Shown piece by piece: positions 37,230-50,064 of a stretch of 64,000 nucleotides of DNA. The notes under the pieces were generated by a model. It had not been told where the DNA came from. It searched no databases and was given only the letters and a program-made list of their open reading frames with translations. Source of the DNA: Lama glama. Lineage: Eukaryota. The first letter of the stretch is position 1, and each line of letters begins with the position of its first letter. The stretch lies in assembly GCA_028534125.1 (NCBI GenBank), contig CM052832.1, forward strand, positions 33,418,001 to 33,482,000. Reading direction: 5' to 3'. A program made the position numbers and the translations under genes.

Positions 37230-37670
37230 CAGTCAGTCCAGGTCTCAGAGAAGCAGGTGACAAGTCAGGGTGCGGTGTGCAAGGATTTTATAGGGGAAAC
37301 ACCTGGAAGGAGGGTGCCCGTGTGGCTGGGGCGCCGTCAGACTGCGGTGCGAGTCTGACCCTGAATGGAGAGCGGGAGGCTGGAGGTGGTAGCCCGGACG
37401 GCTGCACAGTCAAAGACGTACTTGCCAGGCCCTCAGGAAGGCCTCTGGCCACGCCACCCATCTGAGGAGGGAGCCCTGGTCTCCCAGACAGGGGCTGCCT
37501 CCGTAGCCCTGCTGCCTGGTCCCTGGCTCAGAGGAAAGATGGGAGCCCAGGGCTGGTTCCACAGCCAGCAGCTGTCCAGGGCCCGTCGCAGCTCTGGAGC
37601 TGGAGCCTGGGGGCTCATAGCCCCTGTGCCTACCCTGGGGGCACTCATCACTCACTCCCCACGGGCTGCC
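37230..37670 (-). mobile_element. ERVL LTR (LTR16-like)
   Basis: 'gagaagcaggtgacaagtcagggtgcggtgtgcaaggattttataggggaaacacctggaagg...tcagactgcggtgcgagtctgaccctgaatggagagcgggagg'. Confidence 0.65.
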
Positions 37671-39202
37671 TGCAGACCCCACAGGGTCGTAGCATCCCCT
37701 CACCGCTGCACTTCCCCCTTCCATCACCTACCCGTTTTCTCCTCAACTAAATTCAGCACATGCCAAGGTGGACGGACGCAGTGTCTGCCCCAGGGCGGGT
37801 CTGGCCATCAGAAGGGGAGACGGGCTGGGAGGAGAGGTCAAAGGAGCAGATGGAGAAGGACAAACCAAGAGTCTTCAGAGCGCGGGCGAAAGTGAAGCGG
37901 GGGATGTTCACGGAGGCCGAAGGGAAAGGGGTCGACGTGGCAGGCAGCCGGGAAGGGCCTCAGAGGCTCGAGTCGTAGAATCGCAGGCGGGAAGGACCTG
38001 GTTTCCACGTCGGGATGAGCCCTGGAGGCTTGGAGTGTCTTCACGTGCGTGCACATGGGCTCAGCACGAGGGCTCATGTTGTGACTCTCCCTCTGAAGGG
38101 TCCCTTGTCCCACCCCTCAACCTTCATGCAGGCATCGCATTGTCTCCATGGCAACCCCACCATCTTCTGGGCTCTCCTCACACCCCCAGGCCCCCCGCCT
38201 CCGAGCAGAAGGAGCTACTGCGGCTCCATCCAGCTGAACAGACTGTTCCTGGGGGGAGTCGTTGTCCTGGAAGGTGGCCCTTTCACACTCAGCAAGGTCC
38301 TGAGTGTCCACGGTCATTCGCCAAGTTCAGGAGACATTCCAGAGGTTACACAGTGTGGGTGAGGAATGAGCTTTGTCAGAAAACGTCATTGGGTCAGGGG
38401 TCAGGGGTCAGTAAGAGAAGAGAGGGCTCAGGCCCCTGAGTGTCCCAACGTCCCACGGACAGATGTCCCAGAGCCAGGCACGGCGGGACCTGTCGTTCGG
38501 GACCAGTGCAGGCACCCGGCCAGCACGTGGGACTCCCTCTCGTGGCAAAGCATTCCTGTCGAGGGGGGATGAGCGGGGTGCTCGGCCCCAGTCTGGGTCG
38601 GGGTGTCATCTGTTTACAGGATTAAACGCTGTCACAGAATCTCAGCCACCCTGAACCTGGGGGCTGGGGGGCCTGCAGGAAACTGCAGTCTCCCTGTAAG
38701 GGGAGGAACCCCCCGTCCCAAGGGAAGCAAACTAGGGCAGCTTCTCCTGCTAGAAAACTGGGGTCCCCTGGTACCAAGAATTTATCAGTCAGGCAACAGA
38801 GTCGGCCCCCAGGAGGGCTCCAGACAAACCTGCTCAGGGCACCGCAGCGCTGTGGCCAGACCAGCGGCACCACAGCAGCGACGGGGCGTTGCCACTGCTG
38901 CAGGCGAGGACAGGGGCTGTTTGAGAGATGGGAAGTGGGACTGGGCGGCAAAGCTTCGTGAGAGGCTCTGACCAGGGCCCGAGGGGTGGGTGAGGTCTGG
39001 GCTGGTCAGGCGGTGGACAAAGGGGACCGAGACTCGGAACCAAGTTTTGGAGAACAGAGTGAGGGTGCAGGTCCACCAGAGCCCAGGGGGCCGTGGACCC
39101 CTGCACACCCCACCCTCGGACCCCAGTTAAGTCAAGTACCAGGGACCGTTTCCTCTTAAACTTCAGAGTGGAACCAGAAATGCCGCTTTGCTCAGGTAGC
39201 CA

Positions 39203-39287
39203 GGTGCACACGGGCTGCAGTCTCAGTGGCTGCACATGGGCCACAGGCTCAGCGGGTGCACACGGGCCGCAGGCTCAGCGGGTGCAC
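39203..39287. repeat. 26-bp tandem repeat, ~3.3 units
   Basis: ggtgcacacgggctgcagtctcagtg / gctgcacatgggccacaggctcagcg / ggtgcacacgggccgcaggctcagcg / ggtgcac. Confidence 0.9.
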
Positions 39288-42200
39288 GCTGGGGTTCACT
39301 TTGCTCGTCTCATAGGGGGTCTTTTGTTCCCTCTAAATCCAACATTTTTTGGCTTTTTCTTTTCCTAGACCTCAAATGTTGCTCCTTAGCATAGAAATCC
39401 CCACAATGGGATTCTTTCTTCTTCCCAAATATGCCATTTTCTTCAGCTCAATTCAGATGTTGAAATTTGAAATGTTTCTTGATTTTGGGGGCAAGTTGGT
39501 TTGGAGACAGGATAAAGAACTTCTGGAAGAAAACATGAGTCTCTAAATCCTGGCAAAAAGTGGCTAACACAGGAGAGAGGGGCCAGCGGCCTGAGCCGGG
39601 GCTGGCACCACCCTGTCTCTGCGCCCTAACACCCGTCACTGCCTTTGCCATTCGAGCTGTGACGTATTTCCAAATGACCCCAAAATGTTTTTCTCTCCTA
39701 TATGTTGTTTGTCTTGAGGCAGACAGGGTGTTAAAGATAAGCCAGCTCTGGAACCAGGGTTGGAACTGAGTGTGACTAATCACCGGCCACTCGTGCAAGA
39801 AATCCTTTCCCTCCCGGTCGCCAGCCTCCCCGCCCCTCGGGTCAGGTGCTGCTCGAGCTCACCCCGTCCACCTGCAAGTAGGTGCCTCCAGTGGCGAGAA
39901 GCTCCGTCTGGAGCTGGGAAGCTCTCTCCAGGGGCCCCTGGCTGCACACCCACACACCTGCTGCTTCCTCCATCTACTCCTGCTCACGGCGGAAACACGG
40001 CTTCCACTCCACGCTCTGCAACCAGCTCCCCCTGGGGCTTTCTGGAAGTCAGTGGGTTCAGAGCAGATGACTCCTTGTCCTCAACAAAAGGAAGTCGGCA
40101 AACAAGAGGCACTGCCACCCTCCCCGTGTCCGTGTCTGCATGGACATCATTAGTCAGTCATGACACCGAGCTCCAGCGTGAACTTAGAATCCTTCTCAAC
40201 GCAGGGCTCAGGCAGCCACTACCAGCCAGCACTGGCTTTGGAAATAAAAGTTATCTGCCACCCTGGCACTAAGCTCCCTTCCAGATCTGACGGTCTGTCA
40301 CCCATGCAACGGACGTGACAGTGGTGAGGCGTTAGGAACAGCAGGTGGACTGACTGGTGCTAACGCACAGCCATCTTGCTTCACTAACGTAACTGGAGGC
40401 CGATCTAATTTTCTGAACCAGCATGTACCTTCATTGGCAGTCAAACACCTCTGAATTCAGTGATTACACTTGATGCCGTTTGGGGAGGACAGCAGGATTT
40501 CTTTGATAGACTTTGAAACTGTTATCAAATAAGAACTAACTTTTAAGAAAAGCATTTCATGGCTCAGGCGCTTGATACCCAGTGGTGTCATCCAAGTCAT
40601 TTTCTTTTTCCCAACATTGTACAAAGCTTAGTGCGACCAGACAAGGACAAATAACTAACGACACATCTTCCTTCGGCAAAGTCACGTGGAAGAGGAGTGC
40701 ACCACCCTCAGCGGCAGGACCCATCAAACCCAACGAAGGGCCTCAAGGCCGGGGGCTCGGAGCCCCGGGGAGGACGGCCGGGCTGCCCGTCATGGTCGTC
40801 CTCAGTTTCCTATCGTCTCCCTCTCCAGGCCTGCAGGCTCCTGGAGGCCAGAGATGCGCTTTATTCATTGCTGCGTCCCAGAAGCCTGGGACAGCAACCA
40901 GCCAGCTCTGGAAAGGTGGCTTTCAGTGGCTCTTCTGACGCTCGGGCCCTCAAGGAGCAGGCTTGAAAACGCACTTCGTCTGCACACGCACCTGTCACCG
41001 TTAGGCGGTGGACGGGTCCCAGGCATCCTTTCCTTCTCAGAAACTTCCTGGAAAGGTGAGCAAGAGTGTTGCCTCCAGCTGGGCTGCGGCTCCGGCCAGG
41101 CGGAGCCAGTTTGCCACCCCTCCTGCAGGCACTCAGTGCCCAGAGGTGGGGGGCTTCTCTGAAGAATCAGTGGCAGGTGCTGGGAGCGTCCCGCTCTCTG
41201 GCCCTTCGGCAAAACGTGTACACTTGCAACGACAAAACCCCCAAGAAGGTGCATGGGAACACCTGAGGGCCGTGTCAGGGCTTCGCCCAGCTCTCCAGGG
41301 CTGGTCTGAGCCCTGTTCAACAGAGAGCGCCCGCCCAGGGACAGCGGACGCCAAGTTTCCCTTTTCTTCTCCTTCACTCTCTGCCCCTCTGTTTTCCTCT
41401 CTCCCTCCTTCTCTGGCTTTTATTGCTGCAAAAGGTAATCGTGAGACGCTGAACAAGCCTCGTACTCCCAGGCCTGCCACAAGCCCTGTTACGTCAAACA
41501 CTGTGCTCGGGTGAACCGCTCGGTGTCAGAGTGGACGGCGCAGTGGACGACGTCCGCCACCTCAGCTTGAACTGGGGAGTTACACGAGGTTGAATTACCC
41601 TCTGCTTTTGCAACTGGGTCCTTGGCCAAGACAGCGTAACCTTTCAGTGCTAATTTGTATAAAGAAGAGAGATCTTCGAATGCTTTACTGATTTTTAAAC
41701 TGGTAATTTTATACCAGTCACGTGTTTCAATTAACTGTTATTCCTCTGCACTTGGGCCTTGAGATGACTTAAGAGGCTACAATCAAAAAATTAAAGCAAG
41801 TAAGCATATTCCAGTAGGGCACTGCCCATCCAGGCAAATCAGCAGCCTTTGTTCCTAGCCTCGGGGAGGAATAACGTTCTTGGAACAATCAAAACGTTGC
41901 AGCTGTAAACTTCATTCTGGGCTCTGCCCTGATTCAGCTAATATGTTTTCTTTCCTGATTCCTTCATTTACATGAATACATTAACTGAGAAGGGCAGCCA
42001 GTGAGACAGCAAAGGGCGTGGCTGCCAGCTAAGTGAGGGCGCAGCAGACCTCTGGGCCTAGGAGTTCTCCGGGGTCTAAGGTGGAGGCCCTGGGGGTCCA
42101 TCCACAGGGGGTCCCAGGGCCTGGACAGTGAGTTAAAGCTGAAGGGCCTGAAAAGCCAGCTGATAAGTAAACAAAACGTCCCCTGAATTTAAAAGATGAG

Positions 42201-42949
42201 GAGGGGACCGCGACAGACCACCAGACCTCACCAAGGCTTCAGGTGACAAAGAAACACCCACCCAAGGAAGTGGTGAGCTCCGAGCCGGACTCACAGCTCA
42301 CGGGCACGGGTGTGGGTGGACAGATGTGCACGGGCACGTTCCGGCTTTGTTCTCAGTTGTATTTGCAGAAATATGAAGTGTAGTTTTGACACTTTGGAAA
42401 AATACTAGAAGTTACAGGGCCTGGGGTTTGTCGCTTCTAATCCCTGACGCGCCTGATTTAAAGAAAGGCCCGGGTGCCCCTCAGTTACAGCCGCATGACC
42501 AGACAGGGCCGCCCTCATTTAACACTGAGGGGCTGGTGTCCCGACAAGGTCACGTGACACCAGCAGGTCCCCTGGGCACCCCCGGCTTCTCAGGCATGGC
42601 ACCCCGGTTCGCCCCCCACCCTAGAGACCCCCCCACCTTGGGTGGCTACTGACCGAGAGTGCCATGGGACCACGTTCACACCACGGAGGATTTCGTGTCT
42701 TGCTGTCCACCGGCAACACCTCTGTCCGAAGGGCACTTCCTGAGAAATAAGGCACCTGAATGGATCGGGACACCTAAACTCAGGGCCTCGCCTGCCGTGA
42801 GGCCCGCCCTCCGGAGCCTGCTGGTGCCACCCTCGCCTCAGCCCAGGCTGGCTTACTTCAAACCCAGTGTAGCCAGGGCTCAGGGCTGCATCCACTCTGT
42901 CCTCGCCTCCAGCGCTGGCAGAGTCAGCCGCCAGGTTAGCAGAGAACTG

Positions 42950-43480
42950 TGTTAACCACTGCGGTGCAGCTACAAGTGAGGTATGGGAAACTCCACAGCA
43001 CAAACGGACAAACAACCCAGTTTCTTCAGCAAATGCATTTTGGGGCCGAGGGGCGGGGAATGGAAGTGGGGGGCCTATCGATCAAGAGAAACACGTTGAC
43101 AAAAGTAACGTGTGCACCTCCTTTGCATCCTGATTCAATCACACCGACCTTAGAACAGTTAAGAAGACGTGGATGGGACAGTTAGAAACGTGAGTGAGGA
43201 CTGGGTCCGGCTGGCAGGAGAGCACTGTAAATACCGTGGACGTGTGACCACAGATTCACATCTTCACACCCACAGGTCCCTACCTTTTATAGATAGATCC
43301 GAAACCTTTGTGAATGAAATTACAGGAGGCTTGGGTTTTGCGTCAAAATGGCCCTGCGCGGGGAGACTGGGTGAGGCAGAGCTGAAGCGAGACTGGCAGC
43401 TTTGATCATTGCTGAGGCTGGGGGACGAGGACCTGGGGGTTTCCTCTGGCTTGTGCTTAAACTGTTCACAATAAAAGTTG
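42950..43480 (+). mobile_element. L1MC4/5-like 3' UTR
   Basis: 'ggacaaacaacccagtttcttcagcaaat', 'ctcctttgcatcctgattcaa', 'ccctaccttttatagatagatccgaaacctttgtgaatgaaat', 'tgatcattgctgaggctggggga', terminal 'cacaataaaagtt'. Confidence 0.75.
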
Positions 43481-44224
43481 TTTGTTTCTTTTAAGGCACA
43501 AAACTTTGGCTGAGATTCACTGGCACAGCCCTGGGGGAAGGGCCGTTTTCGCCGCCCTCTGGACCTGTTGCGTTGGGTGCGGCTGATGGAGTGGGCTGGT
43601 GGCAGGTGTGGGCACAGGCCCAGCTGAGGGGGTGCCTGGGAGCTGGAGCAGCCCCGACCCTGTTAATGAAGGCTGACCACGCTCTGCAGAACGCCAAGTC
43701 CACCCTGGACCCAGATGGAAAACATGAACAGCCTCCTCTGCAGTGACCCCAGCTTTGAGGTTCCTGTCATTTTACTGCAGGACTAGGTTCCCACACCCTG
43801 ACTTAATTCAGAGCACTCACACACGTCTCCTCCCCATTCTGAGGACGGCAGAGACAAAGGCTTGGCCACGATGCTCTGGGGCAGCATGGATGGAATGCGG
43901 CGGCCGGACACGCGGTGCTGGCCGCGGCCGTGGCAAGCAGCGCCAGGACTTTGCTCAGGAGCAAGGAGATGACTGGAATATTTACTTTGAAAGGTAGCCT
44001 CTGAAAATGGGCAAGGGTTAATTCACCACGAGGAATCTTCCATTCTACAGCGGGACGCCCTCAGGAAAGAAAGCCATCTCTGAGAAAACTGGACTGAGGT
44101 CTCTGTCTGCCCCTTCCTGTTCCACTCGCTGGACCGCCCGCCCGCCCGGAGCAGGACAGCGAGGAGACAGGGGTGGGAAGGAGGAGTAAAACCCTTTCAC
44201 CTGCCTGAAAAAGCTGTAATTTGG

Positions 44225-45196
44225 CAAAGGATATTATTGGAAGTGAAAAGACAACCTACAGAATGGGAGACAACATTTGGAAGTCACACATTTGATCAGG
44301 TTCTAACATCCAGAACGTATGAAGGGGGAGGGCGGGGCACACCTGAAGCGGGATTGGCCAGCTTTGCTAGGTGCCGAAGCCGGGCGATGGGTGCATATAA
44401 CGTAACAACCTGACATCCAAAGGACACACAACTCATTTTAAAACCGGGAAAGGACTTGAATAGACTTTTCTCCAAAGAATATTTACAGACGGCCAGCACG
44501 CACACAAGAGGACGCTTCACATCAGCAGCCACCAGGGAAACGCAGACCACAGCCACGGCGAGACGCCCCTTCACACCCACCGGGGTGGCTGTCACGGTGC
44601 TTTTGATGGAAAACAAGTATCAGGGATGTGTAGAAATTAGAAGTCTCTTCCATGGCTGGTGGGAATGGAAAAGAGTTATGGAACACAGTTTGGTGTTTTC
44701 CCCCCNNNNNNNNNNNNNNNNNNNNNNNNNNNNNNNNNNNNNNNNNNNNNNNNNNNNNNNNNNNNNNNNNNNNNNNNNNNNNNNNNNNNNNNNNNNNNNN
44801 NNNNNNNNNNNNNNNNNNNNNNNNNNNNNNNNNNNNNNNNNNNNNNNNNNNNNNNNNNNNTCAGCAGGCGAAGGCTAAACACAGGCGGCCCATCCACACA
44901 GCAGAGAACTACTCAGCCCTGAACAGGGAGGAGCGTCTGACACCTGCTAAGCAGAGTTTCGGTTTGGGGTGATGAAAAGGTTTTGGGAAAAGATATGGTG
45001 ATGGTTGCACAATATTGTGAATGGAATTAATCTTTTTGAATCATACACTTAAAATTGTTAAAGTGGCAAAAAAGTGTTATATATATCTTACCACAGTTTT
45101 TAAAAATTAATAATGTAATATACCAAAAACCACTGCATACTGTAAGTGGGTGAATTGTATGGTATGTAAAATCTATCTCAATAAAACTGCAAAAAA
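44225..45196 (+). mobile_element. L1MB ORF2 C-terminus and 3' UTR (spans the gap 44706-44860)
   Basis: 'gtgaaaagacaacctacagaatgggagacaacatttg' ~ VKRQPTEWEKIF; 'aaaggacttgaatagacttttctccaaagaa' ~ KDLNRHFSKE; 3' end 'agagtttcggtttggggtgatgaaaaggttttgg..ggtgatggttgcacaatattgtgaat'. Confidence 0.9.
44706..44860. other. Assembly gap
   Basis: N run. Confidence 0.99.
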
Positions 45197-45198
45197 TA

Positions 45199-45655
45199 CA
45201 GGCAGACCTCAGAGATTTTACGGATTCGGTTCCAGACCACTGCAATAAAAGCAAATATCACAATAAAGCAAGTCACTTGAGTTTTTTGGTTCCCCAGTGC
45301 ATATATATGTTTACACTATATTGTACTCTATTAAGTATGCAATAGCATTATGTCTAAAAAAACATTGTGCACATCTTAATTTAAAGACACTCTAACCATC
45401 ACCTGAGCCTTCAGCAAGTCATAGTAGTAACATCAACGATCACTTATTTCAGATACCATAGCATAAATATAATAATAATGAAAAAGTCTGAACTATTGGA
45501 AGCATTATCAAAATGTGACACAGAGACATGAAGTGAGCAAATGCTATTGGGGAAATGGCGCTGGGAGACTTGCTTGACGCAGGGTTGCCCCAAACCTTCA
45601 GTTTATAAAATCTCAGTGTCTGTGAGGTCCAAAGGGCAATAAAAAGAGACAGACA
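45199..45655 (-). mobile_element. Short Tigger1 internal-deletion derivative (Tigger1a_Art-like) DNA transposon
   Basis: TA then 'caggcagacctcagagattttacggattcggttccagaccactgcaataaaagcaaatatcacaataaagcaagtcac' at one Tigger1 terminus. The other end reads 'aaatgtgacacagagacatgaagtgagcaaatgctattggggaaatggcgc..gacttgcttgacgcagggttgccccaaaccttca'. About 460 bp, no transposase. Confidence 0.88.
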
Positions 45656-46229
45656 CCACACACCAAAAAAGATCTACAACCCCCAGCAGGGCTGACGTCC
45701 ACCAAAGGTGTGGCTGCTGGAGGGGACAAAGCCACTGAGCCCGGTGCTAAGCGCCGGGACCTCAGCCCAGGAAGCTGCAGGGGCAGCTCCCCGCCGTCCA
45801 CGTCAGCGCCGTCCCCTGGGGACCGGGGAGTGGCGCCTTCACGTCTCCCAGTGTGTGGGGGAAGGGCTCGTGCAGGGTCCACTTGGCCTCTGCGGAGACA
45901 AGAGCCAGCAGGGGCCCTCTGGTGGAGCTCAGACAATTAAGCTATTCACTTGTCCTTAAACAGGACTCAGCAACTGGGGGAATAGCAGACGCTTCCGGAA
46001 AATGGTGATCTGGGAGAAGGTGAGACCCCGGACCTCCTTGGGTGGAGCAGGCGGAGAGGGGACAAGCCCCCAGCCCGCCGCCTCCCCTGAGCCAGGCAGG
46101 GCCGGGCCACGTGCAGCCCTCCAGCCACACCAGCTGGCCCTCTGGATGGGTCGGCAGTTTCCAGCCTGGACCCCCGCTGCCTCCTTCTGCCTGCCTGGCT
46201 CCTGCTTTGTGTCTGGCTCTCGGTCCAGG

Positions 46230-46385
46230 GCTGCCTCGTCCTGACCCCCTCCAGTCCCTCAAGTCTCGGGCTGTCGGCCTCCCTCTCTGCTCCCACCTGC
46301 ACGATGACCTCTGGGTCCCCACTGCTTGGACAGTGGCTGGTGCACACAAGCTCTCTTGTCTGTTGAATGAGTGAATGAATGTAGG
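46230..46385 (+). mobile_element. L2 3' end
   Basis: 'gtccccactgcttggacagtggctggtgcacacaagctctc..tgtctgttgaatgagtgaatgaatg'. Confidence 0.7.
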
Positions 46386-49300
46386 CACACATGGCCACAG
46401 CACTGGGCAGCCCAGGGACCACACGTGCATTGAAGGGGGCAGGGCAGTCGCACCCCCACAGAATCCGATGTAAGTGGGCCCAGGAGCTGGGCAGCGGGGG
46501 GAGCGACCACCCCTCCGTGTTCCTGTAGGCTTGGCGTTTCCCCAGGCAGACTCCAACCCTACCAAGGCAGGACAGAGGGAGTAACCCCCGGTTTCGGAGG
46601 AAGGCCACCTGTCCACGACCCCCCAGAATGACTGTTCATAAGTAACCACGGGCGGGGCCTGGCAAGCCCGCTCCTGCCTTTCACGTGGGAGGTGGCCCCC
46701 TGGGCTCGGAGAGGGCTCCCTCCCCAACTCGGCCTGCGTGTTGTGGGGCCGGGGACTGGGGGCAGTGCCGGGGACAGAGCTCTCACGTCCCTTTCCTCCA
46801 CTACCACGCCAGCCTCTTCAAATGGCCTCATCTGTGATTTCAGTCAAAATCACAAAAATAAGCTGTATTTTCTAATTTTCTGTTTCGGGAATATTACACT
46901 TGTACGTGCACAGCAATGTCGGTTGTTATGTCCCCATTTCCCCTGAGACGTCCAGATGTCATTTCAGTACTACACAGTGTGTGTCAAAGGTTCTCCCAAA
47001 TCACAGCAGGGGGCTGCCAACACCAGTCCCCACCGCGCGCTTCTGTTCGGACCCCGAACGCCCCCAGGTGCACCCCGGAGGATCTGGCTAGTTCTAATCT
47101 GCGCCCCTCCGTGCTAATATGGAGACTACAATCAACCGAACATTTATTGTTTTCTTTTTCAGTAAATGATTATGTGTTGGAGATTTTTTTACTGAATCAT
47201 AAAACCAACATAAAATGAATTCCCTCCAGCACCCCCTCACCCTCTGGAACCGCCGCGCCGCGCCGCAACCCCCAGGCCCCCCACCCCCGGGCCTGCTCTT
47301 GGGTTGGCACCCTGCCCAGACCTCAACTAGGTTATCAGCAGGGTGATGGCAGGCAGCCTCCGCCTCAGAGCCTTGGCCAGGCCCGGGGCCCTGCTGTCCA
47401 CTCGGGGGTCCCCACGGTCCGAGCGGAGGCTGTGATCAGCGTGCACACCCCCGGGAGGGGCCCTGGACCTTGCAGACGTTGCTTTTATAGACTCCGGTTG
47501 TTTCTGACCCTGTGTTTTTATTACATTCCTTTGCAATGCTAGCAGCTGTTTTTGTCAAGAGTCTTAAAGTTTGAACTGCTAAACGAGCTTTATGGAAATT
47601 GGTCACAGAAGTCTATGTGGCACCCTTCAGAAAACCTGAGGCGAAGTGGCCCACAGCTGCCCTTCCCAGTAACAGCAGTGACAAAATAAGCCCAGCCGTG
47701 CAGGAGGAGGAGGACGGTTTGCAAGTGACTCCTGATAGATTTCCAGACTGGGTTTCTGAGAGACGACCCTCCACGTGAATTTGCTTCTCGACGTCTATTT
47801 ACCATAATTTATTAAAAACGCCTGGTGGCCCGGCCCAGACGATGAAGATGCCTTAAGGACGTTTACCTTTTAAGAGAGTCAACTCAAGTTTGTTTTTCCT
47901 TTTCTTTTTTAGATTTTTGTTTTCGTGTTCTTCAGTTGTGTAAACCTACGACTGAGAAGAATTAAGCACAGAGACTCAGAGTCCTTTGGTTTATGAAAGA
48001 GAACTGAAGTGTCCGAGATGCTATTGGATCATCTCTTCTTGTTTAATTTTGCCGAAACACTGCTCCATTTCGCGAAGCACATTAATCTGGCCCTGAAGGT
48101 GACTTGACCGCCATGAGCCCGTAAAGAGCTGTGACCTTGCCTCGCCTGCCCGGAGCCCGGCGGTTCGCCCTGGCCTTCACACACCCTGCCGTGGAAGGAC
48201 GCTTCTCCGTCAGACCAGAACCAGCCCTCCTCCTGTTTGGGGTGTGACTTCATACATTTCTACAAACAAAACAGACTCGAAAAGCAATAAAACCGTGTCT
48301 GAGAGGGCTGGCTGGTACCTAAGCACCCACCTCCCACGTCTCTTTGGGACAACCTGTCTTTTAAGCAATATCTCTGAAAATTAGCTTTGCCACGCAAACT
48401 GCAAAGTTTAAAAACAGAATAGTACTTGGGTTACTCACAACACTGCAGCTAGTGGAAATAAAATATTTGTGTAGAGATGACCCATGGCTCTGGACAGGTC
48501 ACCCCGGCTTGTAAAGTGTGAAAGGAAGAGGCTGAACCGGACGGCCTTGACCATCCGGTCCACCGCTGACCCCGGACGTCGAGAGGAGGGAGAGGTGGCA
48601 GGGGCTGCGAGCGGCAGCCCGCCCCGACACCCAGGTGCCCTCGGCTCCAGAGCAGATGGGCTCATGGCTGAGGTTACAGGGGCGGTGCCACGCCCGGCCT
48701 CCTTTCACGCTCCTGAGAACTGAGCCCGATTTTAATTCTCTCTGTGGAAATCCAGTCCAGTGCGCAGGAGAGGGGCAGCCCTCTAACCACAGGGGGAGGC
48801 TCGCGTGCCCTGCAAATGACGCCACCGTGAAACACGCACTTCACACGGCTCAGGGCTTCCCTCCTATCTACCACCCAGAGCCGGCGACACTTCTTTGGGT
48901 CGTCCTTGCGATTCCCCACCAGATGGCCGGATCCGACCGCGTGACTGTGTTCTGATACCCTCATGCCTGGGCTGCCAGCAGCAGAGCAGCCTGGGGCCTG
49001 CAGACGCTTTGGCGCGGCCCGTCCGCACCCCAGCACACGATCCCGCCGGCGGACAGTGGGGGGCGCCATTGTCCTGCCGGGCTTCCACACACGCCCAGGA
49101 CCGGCCCCTTTCTAAGGGAGAAGGGCTCTTTCCCACCGTAATGGGAACACGATGTGCAGTCATCAGCGTACTTTCCCCAGAAGTTGGGGATTTTTTTTTC
49201 AGAGTGTGAACATAGGGTTCTTAGTTGAAAGAAACTTAGATAAATGAGTGGACCTTAGAAGAGGGTAGAAACATTTTTTCAAGATGAGCACGGGCTTCTC

Positions 49301-49910
49301 AGACCTCGTAATTTGAGGTGCTGACCACCATGTACTGGGAGTCCCATTTCACCCCACTGGTGCGTGGGGTAAAGATAACGTAGCAGCACAGAGCAAACAG
49401 CGAGGCTGGCGCCTGGCCACAGTCAGTCTGGTGTCACAGAATAACCCCCCGCCTGAGTCTCACCGGCAGGGGCCTGGCGAGAATGACAGAAAGACACCGC
49501 TTTAAACCGCGCTGGGGCAGCCGAGTATTATCTTCAGCCACTACACTTCAGACCTCTGCGAGGCACACCTCCCCGAAGCCTGGACTCCACAGACCTGGTT
49601 TCCCTCCTGACTTTCCCTTTCCTCCTTTCCCACAGCAACTTCTGCTTCTCCGCGGCAGGACCTTCTGCGCAGCGCCTCGCTGCCAGACCCCTCCAGGTCA
49701 CACGTCACATCGCTAACCCGCGAGAGGGAAGCCGCCGCAGCCTGACCCAAGGACTCCGGGACTGCCTGCAGGTGGAAGCTGAGGCGCATTTCATGAGCCC
49801 CAGGAAGGCTGCCAGATAAGATACAGGACACGTATTTAAGCCTGAATTTCAAATAATGTTTTAGTGTATGTCCCATGCAGTATTTGCAATGTACTTCTAC
49901 TAAATATTAC

Positions 49911-50064
49911 TTGTTGTTTATCTGAAATTCAATTTCCTCTGTTCTTCCTGTAACTTTATTTGCTAAATCTGACAACCCTTCTGCCCAGACACCAGGGGCA
50001 CCTAAACCGAGGAGGCCTGTACCATGCCGTCTCTGTGGGACTTCAGATTTAAAATCCCGTTTGT
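49911..50064 (-). CDS. Candidate exon E1 (154 nt; alternative acceptor at 50001) of a hypothetical minus-strand gene
   Basis: ctcctctttatatcttcatgcaacatag|ACAAAC...AACAA|gtaata. Phase 1-2 reading KRDFKSEVPQRRHGTGLLGLGAPGVWAEGLSDLANKVTGRTEEIEFQINN; the other two frames contain stops. Confidence 0.27.

Noticed and set aside
39430-39522. Good minus-strand acceptor (catgttttcttccag)
   Set aside because: All three frames stop within ~30 codons and no convincing donor follows.
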